Positions 19,871 to 30,388 are shown, counted from the first letter of the stretch. The stretch is DNA of 64,000 nucleotides from Bacillales bacterium UBA5026 (GCA_002416285.1 DICM01000019.1:1632-65631); one strand, 5' to 3'. Notes: generated by a model not told the origin, from the sequence alone. Made by a program: numbers and translations.

Positions 19871-20491
19871 ATGGAATTTAATCATTATATAGATGCGACA
19901 TTATTAGAAAATAATACAACCATGAAAGAAATTGAAACATTATGTGAAAATGCGAAGAAGTATCATTATGCGAGTGTTTGTGTAACGCCATATTACACTT
20001 CTTTAGCAGCTGAATTACTAGAAGACAGCAATGTTGCTGTTACAACTGTAATAGGTTATCCATATGGCATGAATACGACTGAGGTAAAGTCTTATGAAGC
20101 AATTGATGCAGTGAACAATGGAGCTACAGAAATAGATTATTTTGTTAATATTGCAGCGTTAAAAAATAAAGAATATGAAAGTGTTAAAGATGAGATTGAA
20201 GAAATAAGAGATTCAATTGATGGAAAGACTTTGAAAGTGATTATAAATGGTCCTCTTACTGAAGATGAATTAATAAAATTAGTAGAATTGTGCAATGATA
20301 CTTTTGTACATTATATTGGTATTATGGAAACAACCAACGAAAAAACAAGAGAGACTATCGAAACAATAAAACAATATAGTAACGGTGTATTAGAAATAAA
20401 AGTATTTACTGATAGTTGTGAAAATGAAAAATTAATATCTTATATCGAAGCGGGTGTAACTCGTATCAGTACGTTATTGGAGGAGAGATAA
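19871..20491 (+). CDS. DeoC (deoxyribose-phosphate aldolase)-like protein, catalytic-lysine motif not recognisable
   Basis: IDATLL, ASVCVTP, TVIGYPYGMNTTEVK, GATEIDYFVNIAALK and LKVIIN match DeoC. ATG 19871 after GGGAGAAAAA is preferred, because listed start 19841 lies inside the T-box terminator. Confidence 0.6.
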   Translation: MEFNHYIDATLLENNTTMKEIETLCENAKKYHYASVCVTPYYTSLAAELLEDSNVAVTTVIGYPYGMNTTEVKSYEAIDAVNNGATEIDYFVNIAALKNKEYESVKDEIEEIRDSIDGKTLKVIINGPLTEDELIKLVELCNDTFVHYIGIMETTNEKTRETIETIKQYSNGVLEIKVFTDSCENEKLISYIEAGVTRISTLLEER

Positions 20492-20492
20492 A

Positions 20493-21719
20493 ATGAAATT
20501 ATTTGATGAATTAAAATGGAGAGGATTAATCAATGATGTAAGTAGTCCAGAATTAGAAGAGAAACTCAATCAAGGGGGACTAACATTCTATATTGGTACC
20601 GATCCAACTGGGGACAGCATGCATATTGGTCATTATTCATCTTTCTCTGTTGCGAAAAGGTTAAAAGATGCAGGACATCATCCTATTTTATTAGTAGGTG
20701 GAGCAACCGGATTAATTGGAGATCCAAAACCAAGTGCTGAACGTCCAATGATCACGAAAGAACAATTAGATCAAAATTATAAAAAATTAAGAAAACAAGT
20801 TGAAGATATTTTTGGATTTGAAGTAGTAAATAACTATGATTGGTCAAAAGATATTAATTTTATTGATTATTTAAGAGATTATGGGAAGTATTTTAATCTT
20901 AATTACATGTTAGCGAAAGAAACGGTAAAGAGTCGTTTAGATGTTGGAATTACTTATACAGAATTCTCTTATATGATTATGCAAGCATTAGATTATCTTC
21001 ATCTTTATGAATATAAAAATTGTACACTTCAAATTGGTGGACAGGATCAATGGGGAAATATTACTTCTGGTATTGAACTAATTCGTAAGAAAAAAAGTGC
21101 AGAAGCTTATGCTTTTACGATGCCTCTTTTAACGAAGGCCGATGGAACAAAGTTTGGGAAATCTGAGGGGAATGCTATTTGGTTAGATAAGGAAAAGACT
21201 TCAAGCTATGAAATGTATCAATTCTTTTTAAATGTAGAAGATGAAAAAGTAATTGATTATCTAAAATATTTAACATTCTTATCAAAAGAAGAAATAGAAG
21301 AATTAGAAAAGAAACATAATGAAAAACCACATTTAAGAGAAGCGAATAAAGCTTTAGCAAAAGATGTAATTACTTTCTTACATGGTGCTGAAGAGTATGA
21401 GAAAGCAGTACAAATCAGTGAAGCCTTATTTAGTGGTGATATTAAATCACTTACTCTGAAAGATTCAGAAGAAGCATTTAAGGATGTTCCTAACTTTACA
21501 ATTGAAGAGGAATTACCGCTTGTTGATTTTTTAGTGACATATGAAATTGCTGGTAGTAAAAGAGAAGCTAGAGAGTGGATTACTGCTGGTTCTATTACCA
21601 TTAATGGTGATAAAATTACCGATGAGAATTGTGTAATCGATAGAAATATTGCCAAAGAAGGAAAATTAGTTATTATTCGTCGTGGTAAGAAGAAATACTA
21701 CATGGGAATATTTGAATAA
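20493..21719 (+). CDS. tyrS: tyrosine--tRNA ligase
   Basis: HIGH motif (DSMHIGH), KFGKS (KMSKS equivalent), C-terminal S4-like domain. Confidence 0.95.
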   Translation: MKLFDELKWRGLINDVSSPELEEKLNQGGLTFYIGTDPTGDSMHIGHYSSFSVAKRLKDAGHHPILLVGGATGLIGDPKPSAERPMITKEQLDQNYKKLRKQVEDIFGFEVVNNYDWSKDINFIDYLRDYGKYFNLNYMLAKETVKSRLDVGITYTEFSYMIMQALDYLHLYEYKNCTLQIGGQDQWGNITSGIELIRKKKSAEAYAFTMPLLTKADGTKFGKSEGNAIWLDKEKTSSYEMYQFFLNVEDEKVIDYLKYLTFLSKEEIEELEKKHNEKPHLREANKALAKDVITFLHGAEEYEKAVQISEALFSGDIKSLTLKDSEEAFKDVPNFTIEEELPLVDFLVTYEIAGSKREAREWITAGSITINGDKITDENCVIDRNIAKEGKLVIIRRGKKKYYMGIFE

Positions 21720-21720
21720 A

Positions 21721-21746
21721 AAAACAAGGAAAACCCTTGTTTTTAT
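21721..21746. terminator. bidirectional terminator between tyrS and the convergent gene
   Basis: AACAAGG-AAAAC-CCTTGTT flanked by A-run and T-run. Confidence 0.55.
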
Positions 21747-22312
21747 TGTACTATATCACTGGAATATATTTTTTGATAATGTTGTACTTGTTCTTGATAT
21801 TCAATGAGTATTGGATCAAGACTTTTCACTTTTTGTTGATAGTTACATAGCACTTTATATAAATTATCTATTTTTCTTGAATTCTTAAATTTTGATTGAT
21901 TTAGAGTGTTTAAATTATTTTGCCAAGTTTCGAAATCGTTTTTTGATAATAGGTATAAGCTTACTGAGTGTAGTTTTTTTTCTTCAATGCTTATATTTTG
22001 TTGGATTGCTTCTAATAATAATGATAATATAGCTGAATTTTGCAGATCGTTTTCTTGATAATAAAAAGAAAGTAAACCTGCAAATCTTAGTGAATTATAT
22101 ATTTGATCGTAAAAAAATTCCCAATACGGATAAAATAATGATTGATCAAATTCTCGGATATCTGCAGTTTTATCTGCATAAAACAATTCCGGATTATCAA
22201 GTAAAAAAAGATATTTCTTATAAAAGTCAGATTCACATATCGGTTTTGTCCTAATTTCAGAATCAGGTGATTCATTCATTTTATTTAGTATTTCATCATA
22301 AATATTATCCAT
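21743..22312 (-). CDS. hypothetical protein
   Basis: 189-aa ORF with no recognisable motif. Confidence 0.4.
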   Translation of the reverse strand: MDNIYDEILNKMNESPDSEIRTKPICESDFYKKYLFLLDNPELFYADKTADIREFDQSLFYPYWEFFYDQIYNSLRFAGLLSFYYQENDLQNSAILSLLLEAIQQNISIEEKKLHSVSLYLLSKNDFETWQNNLNTLNQSKFKNSRKIDNLYKVLCNYQQKVKSLDPILIEYQEQVQHYQKIYSSDIVQ

Positions 22313-22391
22313 TTCTGTTCTCTCTCCCTATATAAGATACTATTATATAGAAAAAATAAAAAAAATCAACAAAAAAAGAGTCTAATGACTC

Positions 22392-22994
22392 TTATCTGTT
22401 GTAGAATTCAACGATTAATGATTCGTTAATGTCAGCATTCAATTCACTACGTTCAGGATATCTTACATAAGTACCAGCCATTTTTGACTCGTCGTAAGTA
22501 ACAAATTCAACACGGTTATGAATTGCTTCTAAAGCAGCCTTAATAGCAGGATGATTTTTAGAAGTTTCTTTCACACTGATAACATCACCTGGTTTAACAC
22601 GGTAAGATGGGATATTAACTTTAGAACCATTTACTGTGATATGACCATGGTTAACAATTTGTCTTGCACCTTTACGAGTAGCTGCAAAACCAAGACGGTA
22701 AACTAGGTTATCTAGACGGCTTTCTAGTAATTTTAAGAAATCCTCACCTAACACACCTTTTAATTTACCAGCTGCTAAGAATGTTTTATGGAATTGTTTT
22801 TCACTTACTCCATACATAAAACGCACTTTTTGTTTTTCTTGTAATTGTAGCCCATAGTTAGAAAGTTTTTTTTGTCTTCCTTGACCATGTTGTCCTGGTG
22901 CGTAAGGACGTTTTGCTAATTCTTTTCCATTTTCTAATACAGAGAAGCCTAAACGGCGAGATTTTCTGTAAGTAGATCCTGTGTATCTTGACAT
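22392..22994 (-). CDS. rpsD: 30S ribosomal protein S4
   Basis: [16 protein letters not shown]... and an S4 domain. ATG at 22994 with GAGGAGG 7 nt upstream. Listed start 23033 is rejected. Confidence 0.95.
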   Translation of the reverse strand: MSRYTGSTYRKSRRLGFSVLENGKELAKRPYAPGQHGQGRQKKLSNYGLQLQEKQKVRFMYGVSEKQFHKTFLAAGKLKGVLGEDFLKLLESRLDNLVYRLGFAATRKGARQIVNHGHITVNGSKVNIPSYRVKPGDVISVKETSKNHPAIKAALEAIHNRVEFVTYDESKMAGTYVRYPERSELNADINESLIVEFYNR

Positions 22995-23314
22995 ATATTT
23001 CCTCCTCTTGCTTAAGAATCGAAGGCAACTCATCTAATATTAGGGTGAGGGAATCAATATCTTCGCTTTGCAGCAAAAGTTACACGATAACCCCTATAGG
23101 GAACCTTCACGTTAATATAATTGAATTGCGCTGCTAGATGCATAAGCACCTATAATTATAATATGAAATGAGAGAATAGTCAAGAATATTTTTCAACAAA
23201 AAGCTTATATTTTCAGGCATATTTATTTACTGTGTCGAATAATCTCGAAAAGAAGTATAAAAAGATGTAAAAAAAATACGAAGTGTGATAGAATGTTAAT
23301 ATAGAGGTGAGTAT

Positions 23315-25039
23315 ATGGACGCAATTGTTTTATTTATGATAACCTTGTTTACTGTAGCAGCGATCTTGATTGCGGTCGTATTGAATGTCATCCAATCTAA
23401 AAAGAACAAAGTCCTAAAAAATCAATTAGAACAATTAGAAGTGGAAAAGAATAAAATTGATAGTGCACCGATTATTCCAGAACTATCAAAAATAGAAAAT
23501 TTAAACAAGACAGAGAAATTAGAATCAATGTATAACAATTGGAAAGATCGATTAGATGTTATTCGAACGAATCAAATTCCTAAAATAACGGATATGTTGA
23601 TTGAAGCAGATTATTCTTTATCAAAAATGGATTATAAAAGTACGCTTTATAAAATTGCAAGATTAGAGATGGAAATTTATAAGGTTAGAACAAATTCGGA
23701 ATTCTTATTAAATGAGATTAAAGAAATTACTAGTAGTGAAGAACGAAATAGAGCATTAATTACCAATCTTAAAGCATCTTATCGACAATTGTATCAAAAA
23801 TTTACAGACTCTAAAGATGGGTATGGTGATCTTGCAGAACCTGTAACATTACAGTTTGAAACGATCGCTAAAAGATTTGAAGATTTTGAAATATTAATGG
23901 AACAAAACCAATTTTCAGAAATTAGTGCATTGATTAAAGCAATCGATGATATGCTAAAGCATATGTCGGTGGTTATTGAGGAAATGCCTTCTATCTATTT
24001 ATTAGCTACAAGTATTTTGCCGAAAAAGATAGCCGATGTAGAAAATGAATATCATCAGATGATTGAAGAGGGATATCCATTAGACTATCTAAATATAGAA
24101 TACAATATTGAAGAGGCAAATAAAAAAATCAGCGATATTTTAAATCGTAGTCGCGTACTTAATCTAGAAGATAGTTTACTAGAATTAAAAGTTCTAACAG
24201 ATTATTTTGATTCGGTATTTACTGATTTTGAAAAAGAAAAAGTAGAGCGTTTTCACTATGAAGAAAATAACCGTGTCTTTTATCGAAAGTTAGAAAAGAT
24301 AAATAGTTTAATGACCGAAATTTTTACAAGTCTCGACGATATTAAAAGAGCATACAGCTTATCTGATGATGCAATTAAACAATTGAGTTTACTTGGAAAT
24401 GATCTTGATGGGTTAAATGCTGATTATAAGACATTGATTGATCATACAGGCAACAATACATTTGCTTATTCGAAGTTAACAAAAGAAATAGAAGGATTGG
24501 CTCTTAGACTTTCAAGATTGGAAGAAAGTGTCGATGAAGTTTTAAATTCGATTGGTAACATGAAGGAAGATGAAGTTAGAGCGAGACAACAACTAGAAGA
24601 GATTAAATTGATTTTAAAAGATGCGAAAACTAAAATTAGAGAGTATAATCTTCCAATTATTCCACAAACTTACTATGTAGAATTAAGTGAAGCACAGGTT
24701 GCTATTAAAGAAATAGTCAAAGAATTAAATAAAAAACCTATTACCATTGAAGTATTAAACACGCGTGTAGATACAGCTCGTGATCTTGTTTTAAAACTAT
24801 TTGGTACTACTAAAGAAATGATGAAGACGGCGATGTTTGCCGAAATGGCAATTGTCTATGGCAATCGTTATCGTAGCGACTCTTATGAATTAGACAAAGC
24901 ACTTCGCTATGCAGAAAAATTATTCTATACTGGTGAGTATCAAAAGTCGCTGGAAGTAACAATCAATTCACTTAATAGAGTTGAAGAAGGAATCTACGAT
25001 AAATTATTAAATTTTTATGCAGAAAAAAGAGAAGTTTGA
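23315..25039 (+). CDS. ezrA: septation ring formation regulator EzrA
   Basis: 574 aa. Single N-terminal TM followed by long coiled-coil repeats. Size and architecture typical of EzrA. Confidence 0.7.
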   Translation: MDAIVLFMITLFTVAAILIAVVLNVIQSKKNKVLKNQLEQLEVEKNKIDSAPIIPELSKIENLNKTEKLESMYNNWKDRLDVIRTNQIPKITDMLIEADYSLSKMDYKSTLYKIARLEMEIYKVRTNSEFLLNEIKEITSSEERNRALITNLKASYRQLYQKFTDSKDGYGDLAEPVTLQFETIAKRFEDFEILMEQNQFSEISALIKAIDDMLKHMSVVIEEMPSIYLLATSILPKKIADVENEYHQMIEEGYPLDYLNIEYNIEEANKKISDILNRSRVLNLEDSLLELKVLTDYFDSVFTDFEKEKVERFHYEENNRVFYRKLEKINSLMTEIFTSLDDIKRAYSLSDDAIKQLSLLGNDLDGLNADYKTLIDHTGNNTFAYSKLTKEIEGLALRLSRLEESVDEVLNSIGNMKEDEVRARQQLEEIKLILKDAKTKIREYNLPIIPQTYYVELSEAQVAIKEIVKELNKKPITIEVLNTRVDTARDLVLKLFGTTKEMMKTAMFAEMAIVYGNRYRSDSYELDKALRYAEKLFYTGEYQKSLEVTINSLNRVEEGIYDKLLNFYAEKREV

Positions 25040-25068
25040 TTCTCTTTTTTTCAATTTTGGAGGCTATT

Positions 25069-26202
25069 ATGAAAAAATTAATGATTGTTTTACTAGTATT
25101 ATGTGTTGGTTGTGGTATTCAAAAAAAGAATGAACCACCATATCCAAATGAAAAGAATGAACCATTATATCCGAGTGATTGGCAAGATAATGGAATTTTT
25201 AAATCGTATTATGATAAATCTTATCAAACGTTAGAAACAATGTCACTTGAAGAAAAGATTGGACAAATATTACTTGTACGTCTACCAAGTGAGGATATTA
25301 CAAAAACAATTTCAGAATATCATTTTGGAGGAGTTATTTTATTTGCAAAAGATTTTGAAAATAAAACAAAAGCGGAAGTACAAACGGAATTAAAAGAATA
25401 TCAACAAGTAAGTAATATTCCAATGTTAATTGCAACAGATGAAGAAGGCGGGTCTGTTATTCGCATTAGTAAAAATTCAAATTTATATCCTGAACCGTTT
25501 TTATCTCCAAGAGAGATTTATGAAACTAGCGGAATGGATGGAATTATAAGAGATACGAAAGAAAAAATAACATTATTTAAAGAACTTGGATTAAATCTTA
25601 ATTTATCGCCAGTAGTTGATCTATCAGACGATCCTAATGATTTTATCTATAAACGTAGTTTTAGCGGGGATGTAAACAGAACATCAGAATATACTCAAAA
25701 AGTAGTATCACTCTATCAAAAAGAGAAGATTGGATCAGCTTTAAAACATTTTCCAGGATATGGAGATAATAAGGATACACATACTGGAATCGCAATTGAT
25801 AACCGTAATTACAATCAATTTTTAAACTATGATTTTCTTCCATTTAAAGCTGGTATTGAAGTTGGCGCCCCAAGTGTTTTAGTTTCACATAATATTGTCA
25901 ACGCGATTGATAAAACAAATCCCGCATCACTTTCTATCAATATTCATCGAATTCTTAGAAATGAACTTAAATTTACCGGAGTAATTATGACTGATGATCT
26001 ATCCATGGGTGCGATATCAAGTATTGAATCAAGTGTAATAAAGGCATTTCAAGCAGGCAACGATATTTTAATAGTCACCAATTATCAGGAGGCATATAGT
26101 TCATTATTAAATGCCATTAAAACAGAAGAGATTTCCATAGATGATTTAAATCATGCTGTATTTCGCATTCTGTCATGGAAGCAACAACTACAATTAATGT
26201 AA
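25069..26202 (+). CDS. glycoside hydrolase family 3 lipoprotein (NagZ-like beta-N-acetylhexosaminidase)
   Basis: Lipobox LVLCVGC|G. KIGQILLV, ATDEEGGSVIR, KHFPGYGD, GVIMTDDLSM. ATG 25069 after GGAGG. Confidence 0.8.
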   Translation: MKKLMIVLLVLCVGCGIQKKNEPPYPNEKNEPLYPSDWQDNGIFKSYYDKSYQTLETMSLEEKIGQILLVRLPSEDITKTISEYHFGGVILFAKDFENKTKAEVQTELKEYQQVSNIPMLIATDEEGGSVIRISKNSNLYPEPFLSPREIYETSGMDGIIRDTKEKITLFKELGLNLNLSPVVDLSDDPNDFIYKRSFSGDVNRTSEYTQKVVSLYQKEKIGSALKHFPGYGDNKDTHTGIAIDNRNYNQFLNYDFLPFKAGIEVGAPSVLVSHNIVNAIDKTNPASLSINIHRILRNELKFTGVIMTDDLSMGAISSIESSVIKAFQAGNDILIVTNYQEAYSSLLNAIKTEEISIDDLNHAVFRILSWKQQLQLM

Positions 26203-26247
26203 TTCACAAATAGGATTTATTTTGGTATGATTAAAGTAGGTGGTACT

Positions 26248-27963
26248 ATGAGTCAATTGTGGATGTCATTTGGATATTTAAAAAAATATAAGAAATGGAC
26301 AATATTAGGAATTGTATTAATATTTTTTGAGATATTGTTAGATTTATTATTACCCAATATTATGTCTAATATGATCAATATTGGAATTGGAAAGCAGGAT
26401 ACCGAATATTTAATCATTCATATTCTTTTGATGATTATTTTAACGATAGTAGGGATTATTGGCGGAATTGGAAGCACTTATTATGCTTCTAAGGCAAGCG
26501 GATATGTCAGTATGGATATGAGATATAATTTGTTTCAAAAAATCACTTCTTTTTCTTTTACTCAATTAGACAAAACAAATATCGGAAACACCATCACAGT
26601 TCTAACGAATGATATTACTACTATTGGTAGTATTATGATGTTTACAATTCGAATTTTGATTCGAATTCCCTTTGTATTTTTAGGTAGCATCATCATGGCC
26701 GTTTTAATTAGTCCGACATTATCACTCTCCCTCATCATTCTTCTTCCACTTATGTGTTTCATCATGTTTATTTTGATGCGAAAGGCTTTTCCCTATTTTG
26801 ATTTAACACAAGAACGATTAGATGATGTAAATAAACAAGTTCGAGAACTAGTTGGTGGTATTCGCGTAGTGAAATCAACCACGAATGAATCATATGAAAA
26901 AGCAAAGTTTAAAAAAGTTAATCAAAATTTAAAAGAGACCAATTTAAAAGCAATATATTTACTGATTACAGCAATGCCAGTTATGATGTTATTAATAAAT
27001 ATTACAGTCATTTTTGTTCTATGGTATGGTGGAAGTAATGTCATCAATCATTCTTTTGAGATTGGGAGTATAATGGCCTTTATTCAATATTTAAACAATA
27101 TTTTAGGGGCAATTGTTATGGGATCTGTTATGATTGTCATGATTGCTAGAAGTTGTACGAGTGCAAGAAGATACTATAAATTTATAGAAGAAGAAACAAG
27201 TTCTAATACTGGTACGATAAATTTAAACATTTTGGGAAATATAGAATTTCAAAATGTTAATTTTGCTTACTCTGAAGGAAGTGGAGATTATGTTTTAAAA
27301 GATATCAATGTTTCTATAAAAGAACATGATATTATAGGAATTATTGGAAGTACTGGATCTGGAAAAAGTACATTTGCTAATCTGATAGCGGGAAATTATT
27401 TCCCTACTGAAGGAGACATCCTTCTAGATGGAAAAACCATTCGTGACTATCAAACTAAAGTTATAAAAAGCCAAATTGGAATTTGTTTTCAAAATCCTAC
27501 CATTTTTAAAGGTACAATCCGAAGTAATTTAAAGCTTGCTGGTAAGTTTACAAAAAAAGAATTAGAAGAAGCAAGTAAGATTGCTTGTTCTTATACTTTC
27601 ATTATGGATAAACCAAATAAATGGAACTATCAAATTGAGCAATTGGGAACGAATTTAAGCGGTGGACAGAAACAACGTTTAGCACTTACAAGAACATTAC
27701 TGCAAAAGCCAAGAATATTAATTTTAGATGATAGTACAAGTGCAGTAGATGCAGCGACAGAGCAGCAAATAATCAATAATTTAATCCATTATAAACAGCA
27801 CACCTTAATTATTATTAGTAATAAAATAAGTACGTTAAAGTGGTGTAACAGAATTTATGTTTTTGATGATGGAAGAATTATTGATAGTGGTACTCATGAG
27901 GCACTATTAGACAGTTGTTCTTTTTATAAAACGATAGCGGATGCTCAAATGAGAGGAAATTAA
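26248..27963 (+). CDS. ABC exporter, fused permease/ATPase, subunit 1 (degenerate Walker B)
   Basis: 6-TM domain plus NBD. Walker A GSTGSGKST, signature LSGGQKQR. Walker B ILILDDSTSAVD has Asp where the catalytic Glu normally sits. Confidence 0.9.
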   Translation: MSQLWMSFGYLKKYKKWTILGIVLIFFEILLDLLLPNIMSNMINIGIGKQDTEYLIIHILLMIILTIVGIIGGIGSTYYASKASGYVSMDMRYNLFQKITSFSFTQLDKTNIGNTITVLTNDITTIGSIMMFTIRILIRIPFVFLGSIIMAVLISPTLSLSLIILLPLMCFIMFILMRKAFPYFDLTQERLDDVNKQVRELVGGIRVVKSTTNESYEKAKFKKVNQNLKETNLKAIYLLITAMPVMMLLINITVIFVLWYGGSNVINHSFEIGSIMAFIQYLNNILGAIVMGSVMIVMIARSCTSARRYYKFIEEETSSNTGTINLNILGNIEFQNVNFAYSEGSGDYVLKDINVSIKEHDIIGIIGSTGSGKSTFANLIAGNYFPTEGDILLDGKTIRDYQTKVIKSQIGICFQNPTIFKGTIRSNLKLAGKFTKKELEEASKIACSYTFIMDKPNKWNYQIEQLGTNLSGGQKQRLALTRTLLQKPRILILDDSTSAVDAATEQQIINNLIHYKQHTLIIISNKISTLKWCNRIYVFDDGRIIDSGTHEALLDSCSFYKTIADAQMRGN

Positions 27964-27964
27964 T

Positions 27965-29701
27965 ATGAAAGATAGTAATATGAAAGAGACGATTATTCGC
28001 TTATGGTCCTATTTAAAAAAAGAAAAAAAGAATATTATTGTCGTGGTTATTTTGACGATATTATCAACCTTTGCCAGTATTTTATCACCATTTTTATTAA
28101 GTAAAATTATTGATGAAGCTATTCCTAATGCTAATTATAAAAAATTACTATTTTTTCTATCCATGCTTCTATTCACCTATCTTATCCATTCTCTATTCAC
28201 ATGGATTACAAACCATATTATGACTTATGTTTCAGAACAGACGTTGTATCTTATTCGAAAAGATCTATTTGAGCATTTGGAAGGGCTACCGCTTTCTTAT
28301 TTTGACAACCAAAAAAAGGGCGATATTATGAGCCGCTTTACCAATGATATTTCTGTAATTAGTGATACTCTTTCTGATTTTGTCATCGATATTGTAAATA
28401 GTATTATTACTCTAATTGGTGTAACTATAATGATGTTATGGATGAGCATTCCATTATTTATTACGGTTATTATTACTGTTCCACTCTTTTTTCTATTAGT
28501 TTATAAAATAGGAATGAAAGTAAATCGCTATTTTACAGAGCAACAAGATAACATTGGTGAGATTACCGGGTATGCAGAAGAATATATCAGTGGAATGAAA
28601 CTTATAAAAAGTGTACAAAAGGAAGAAGAAATTTTAAAAGAATTTCAGATATGGAACCAAAAACTATGTGATAGTTCTGTAAATGCACAAACTTATGCGA
28701 GTATGATTATTCCTGCTAATGCTGTCATTACGAATATTGGGAATATTTTATTAATTGGTGTCGGTGCATTTCTCGTATTAAAAGGAAAAACGACTTTAGG
28801 TAGTATTTTAGCATTTTTAAATTATGCATCAATGTTTCGTAATCCTATCAATAGTTTAGCGAGTTTATTTGCAAATATGCAATCCGCAATAGCAGGAGCA
28901 AAGCGAGTATTTGAAGTTATCGATATTCCATCTGAATTTAGGAATGAAGCTATTGAAATAGAGGAAAATATAAAAGGAGAGATTATTTTTGACGAAGTTA
29001 CATTTGAATATGAATATGGAAAACCAATACTAAAAAATATTAGTTTTCAAGTTCATCCTGGAGAAAAAGTAGCAATTGTTGGTCCAACTGGATCTGGGAA
29101 GACTACATTAATCAATCTTTTAAATCGCTTTTATGAAGTTAATATTGGCAATATTATAATTGATGGAAAACCAATTACAGATATCTCTAAAAAAATACTT
29201 CGTAAAAAAATAGGACTAGTATTACAGGATACCTATTTATTTCAAACGAGTGTACTGGAAAACATTCGATATGGTCATTTAGAGGCGACCGAAAGCGATG
29301 TGATTGAAGCAAGTAAAAAAGCGATGGCTCATGCTTTTATTCATCGCCTCCCAGATGAATATAAATCGACCGTTGAAGAAGAGGGAAATAATTTCTCACA
29401 AGGCGAGAGGCAACTGTTATCAATTGCAAGAACAATTTTAGAGGATCCTAAGATATTGATTTTGGATGAAGCAACTAGCAATATTGATACTAGAACGGAA
29501 CAATTAGTTCAAAAAGGAATGATCGAACTTATGAAGGATAAAACCTGTTTCATTATCGCTCATCGGCTATCCACTATTCGTGATGCTGATAGGATTATTG
29601 TTTTAAAAGATGGATGTATTGTCGAAACTGGAACTCATGTGGAATTAATACAAAAAAGGCAGTTTTATTATGAACTTTACAATAGTCAGTTTAATAATTG
29701 A
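27965..29701 (+). CDS. ABC exporter, fused permease/ATPase, subunit 2 (degenerate signature)
   Basis: Walker A GPTGSGKTT, Walker B ILILDEATSNID. Signature is FSQGERQ instead of LSGGQ. 1-nt gap from subunit 1. Confidence 0.9.
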   Translation: MKDSNMKETIIRLWSYLKKEKKNIIVVVILTILSTFASILSPFLLSKIIDEAIPNANYKKLLFFLSMLLFTYLIHSLFTWITNHIMTYVSEQTLYLIRKDLFEHLEGLPLSYFDNQKKGDIMSRFTNDISVISDTLSDFVIDIVNSIITLIGVTIMMLWMSIPLFITVIITVPLFFLLVYKIGMKVNRYFTEQQDNIGEITGYAEEYISGMKLIKSVQKEEEILKEFQIWNQKLCDSSVNAQTYASMIIPANAVITNIGNILLIGVGAFLVLKGKTTLGSILAFLNYASMFRNPINSLASLFANMQSAIAGAKRVFEVIDIPSEFRNEAIEIEENIKGEIIFDEVTFEYEYGKPILKNISFQVHPGEKVAIVGPTGSGKTTLINLLNRFYEVNIGNIIIDGKPITDISKKILRKKIGLVLQDTYLFQTSVLENIRYGHLEATESDVIEASKKAMAHAFIHRLPDEYKSTVEEEGNNFSQGERQLLSIARTILEDPKILILDEATSNIDTRTEQLVQKGMIELMKDKTCFIIAHRLSTIRDADRIIVLKDGCIVETGTHVELIQKRQFYYELYNSQFNN

Positions 29702-29761
29702 AATTTTTGTTTTAAAAATCCAATTTATTTGATATAATAGTTAATAATAGGAGAGATGTTT

Positions 29762-30388
29762 ATGAATAAAGACAATAATGTAGAAGTGTTGGATGACTTT
29801 GATGATTTATTAGATGAAGAAATGAGTGAAAAAGCATTTGAAGAAAATTCTAATGCAACAGCAGTAGAAGTTCCTGCAGAAACAAATATCTTTAATCAAC
29901 CAATCGAAGACACTACTGTTCGAGAGATGAACAATGTAGAACAACCCATTGAAGTAGAACCAGTAGCACCAGTGATTCCTGTGGTTGAACCAACAGTATC
30001 TGTAGAACCTTCCATATCTGCACCAATGTCAGAAGTGCCACCTGTAGAACCAGTTGTTACTATGCCAGAAGTAGTTGCAGTAGAGTCATCTGCTACACCA
30101 GCTGCGACTGATATGCCAGAGCCAGTTTCTATGGATACAGTACCACCAGTTCCAACAGTTGAACCAGTAGAAATAGTTTCAGAAGAAGAACTAGTTGGAC
30201 CTTCATATGCTTTTGTTGATCCATTAGCGGGAACAGTAGCAGAAGAACAAACAAAAAAAGTTGAAAAGAAAAAAGAAAAAAAATCAAGTATTCAACTTGA
30301 TCAAGGAACAAAGAAAAATTTAACATTTATTATTATAATAGGAGTTATTTTACTAGCAGTAGTAATTTTGTTACCATTCTTCATTTAA
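29762..30388 (+). CDS. acidic Pro/Val/Glu-rich protein with C-terminal membrane anchor
   Basis: Low-complexity VEP/PVxP tract (about 29930-30190), a KKxEKKKEKK patch, and a terminal TM LTFIIIIGVILLAVVILLPFFI. Confidence 0.5.
   Translation: MNKDNNVEVLDDFDDLLDEEMSEKAFEENSNATAVEVPAETNIFNQPIEDTTVREMNNVEQPIEVEPVAPVIPVVEPTVSVEPSISAPMSEVPPVEPVVTMPEVVAVESSATPAATDMPEPVSMDTVPPVPTVEPVEIVSEEELVGPSYAFVDPLAGTVAEEQTKKVEKKKEKKSSIQLDQGTKKNLTFIIIIGVILLAVVILLPFFI

Noticed and set aside
22995-23150. Possible S4-autoregulatory leader upstream of rpsD.
   Set aside because: This is plausible from Bacillus biology, but I could not derive a convincing conserved pseudoknot or structure by eye, so it is not reported as a feature.
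23233-23239. TGTCGAA (0A-box) upstream of ezrA.
   Set aside because: A single 7-mer, and a few such matches are expected by chance in 64 kb on two strands. No supporting context.
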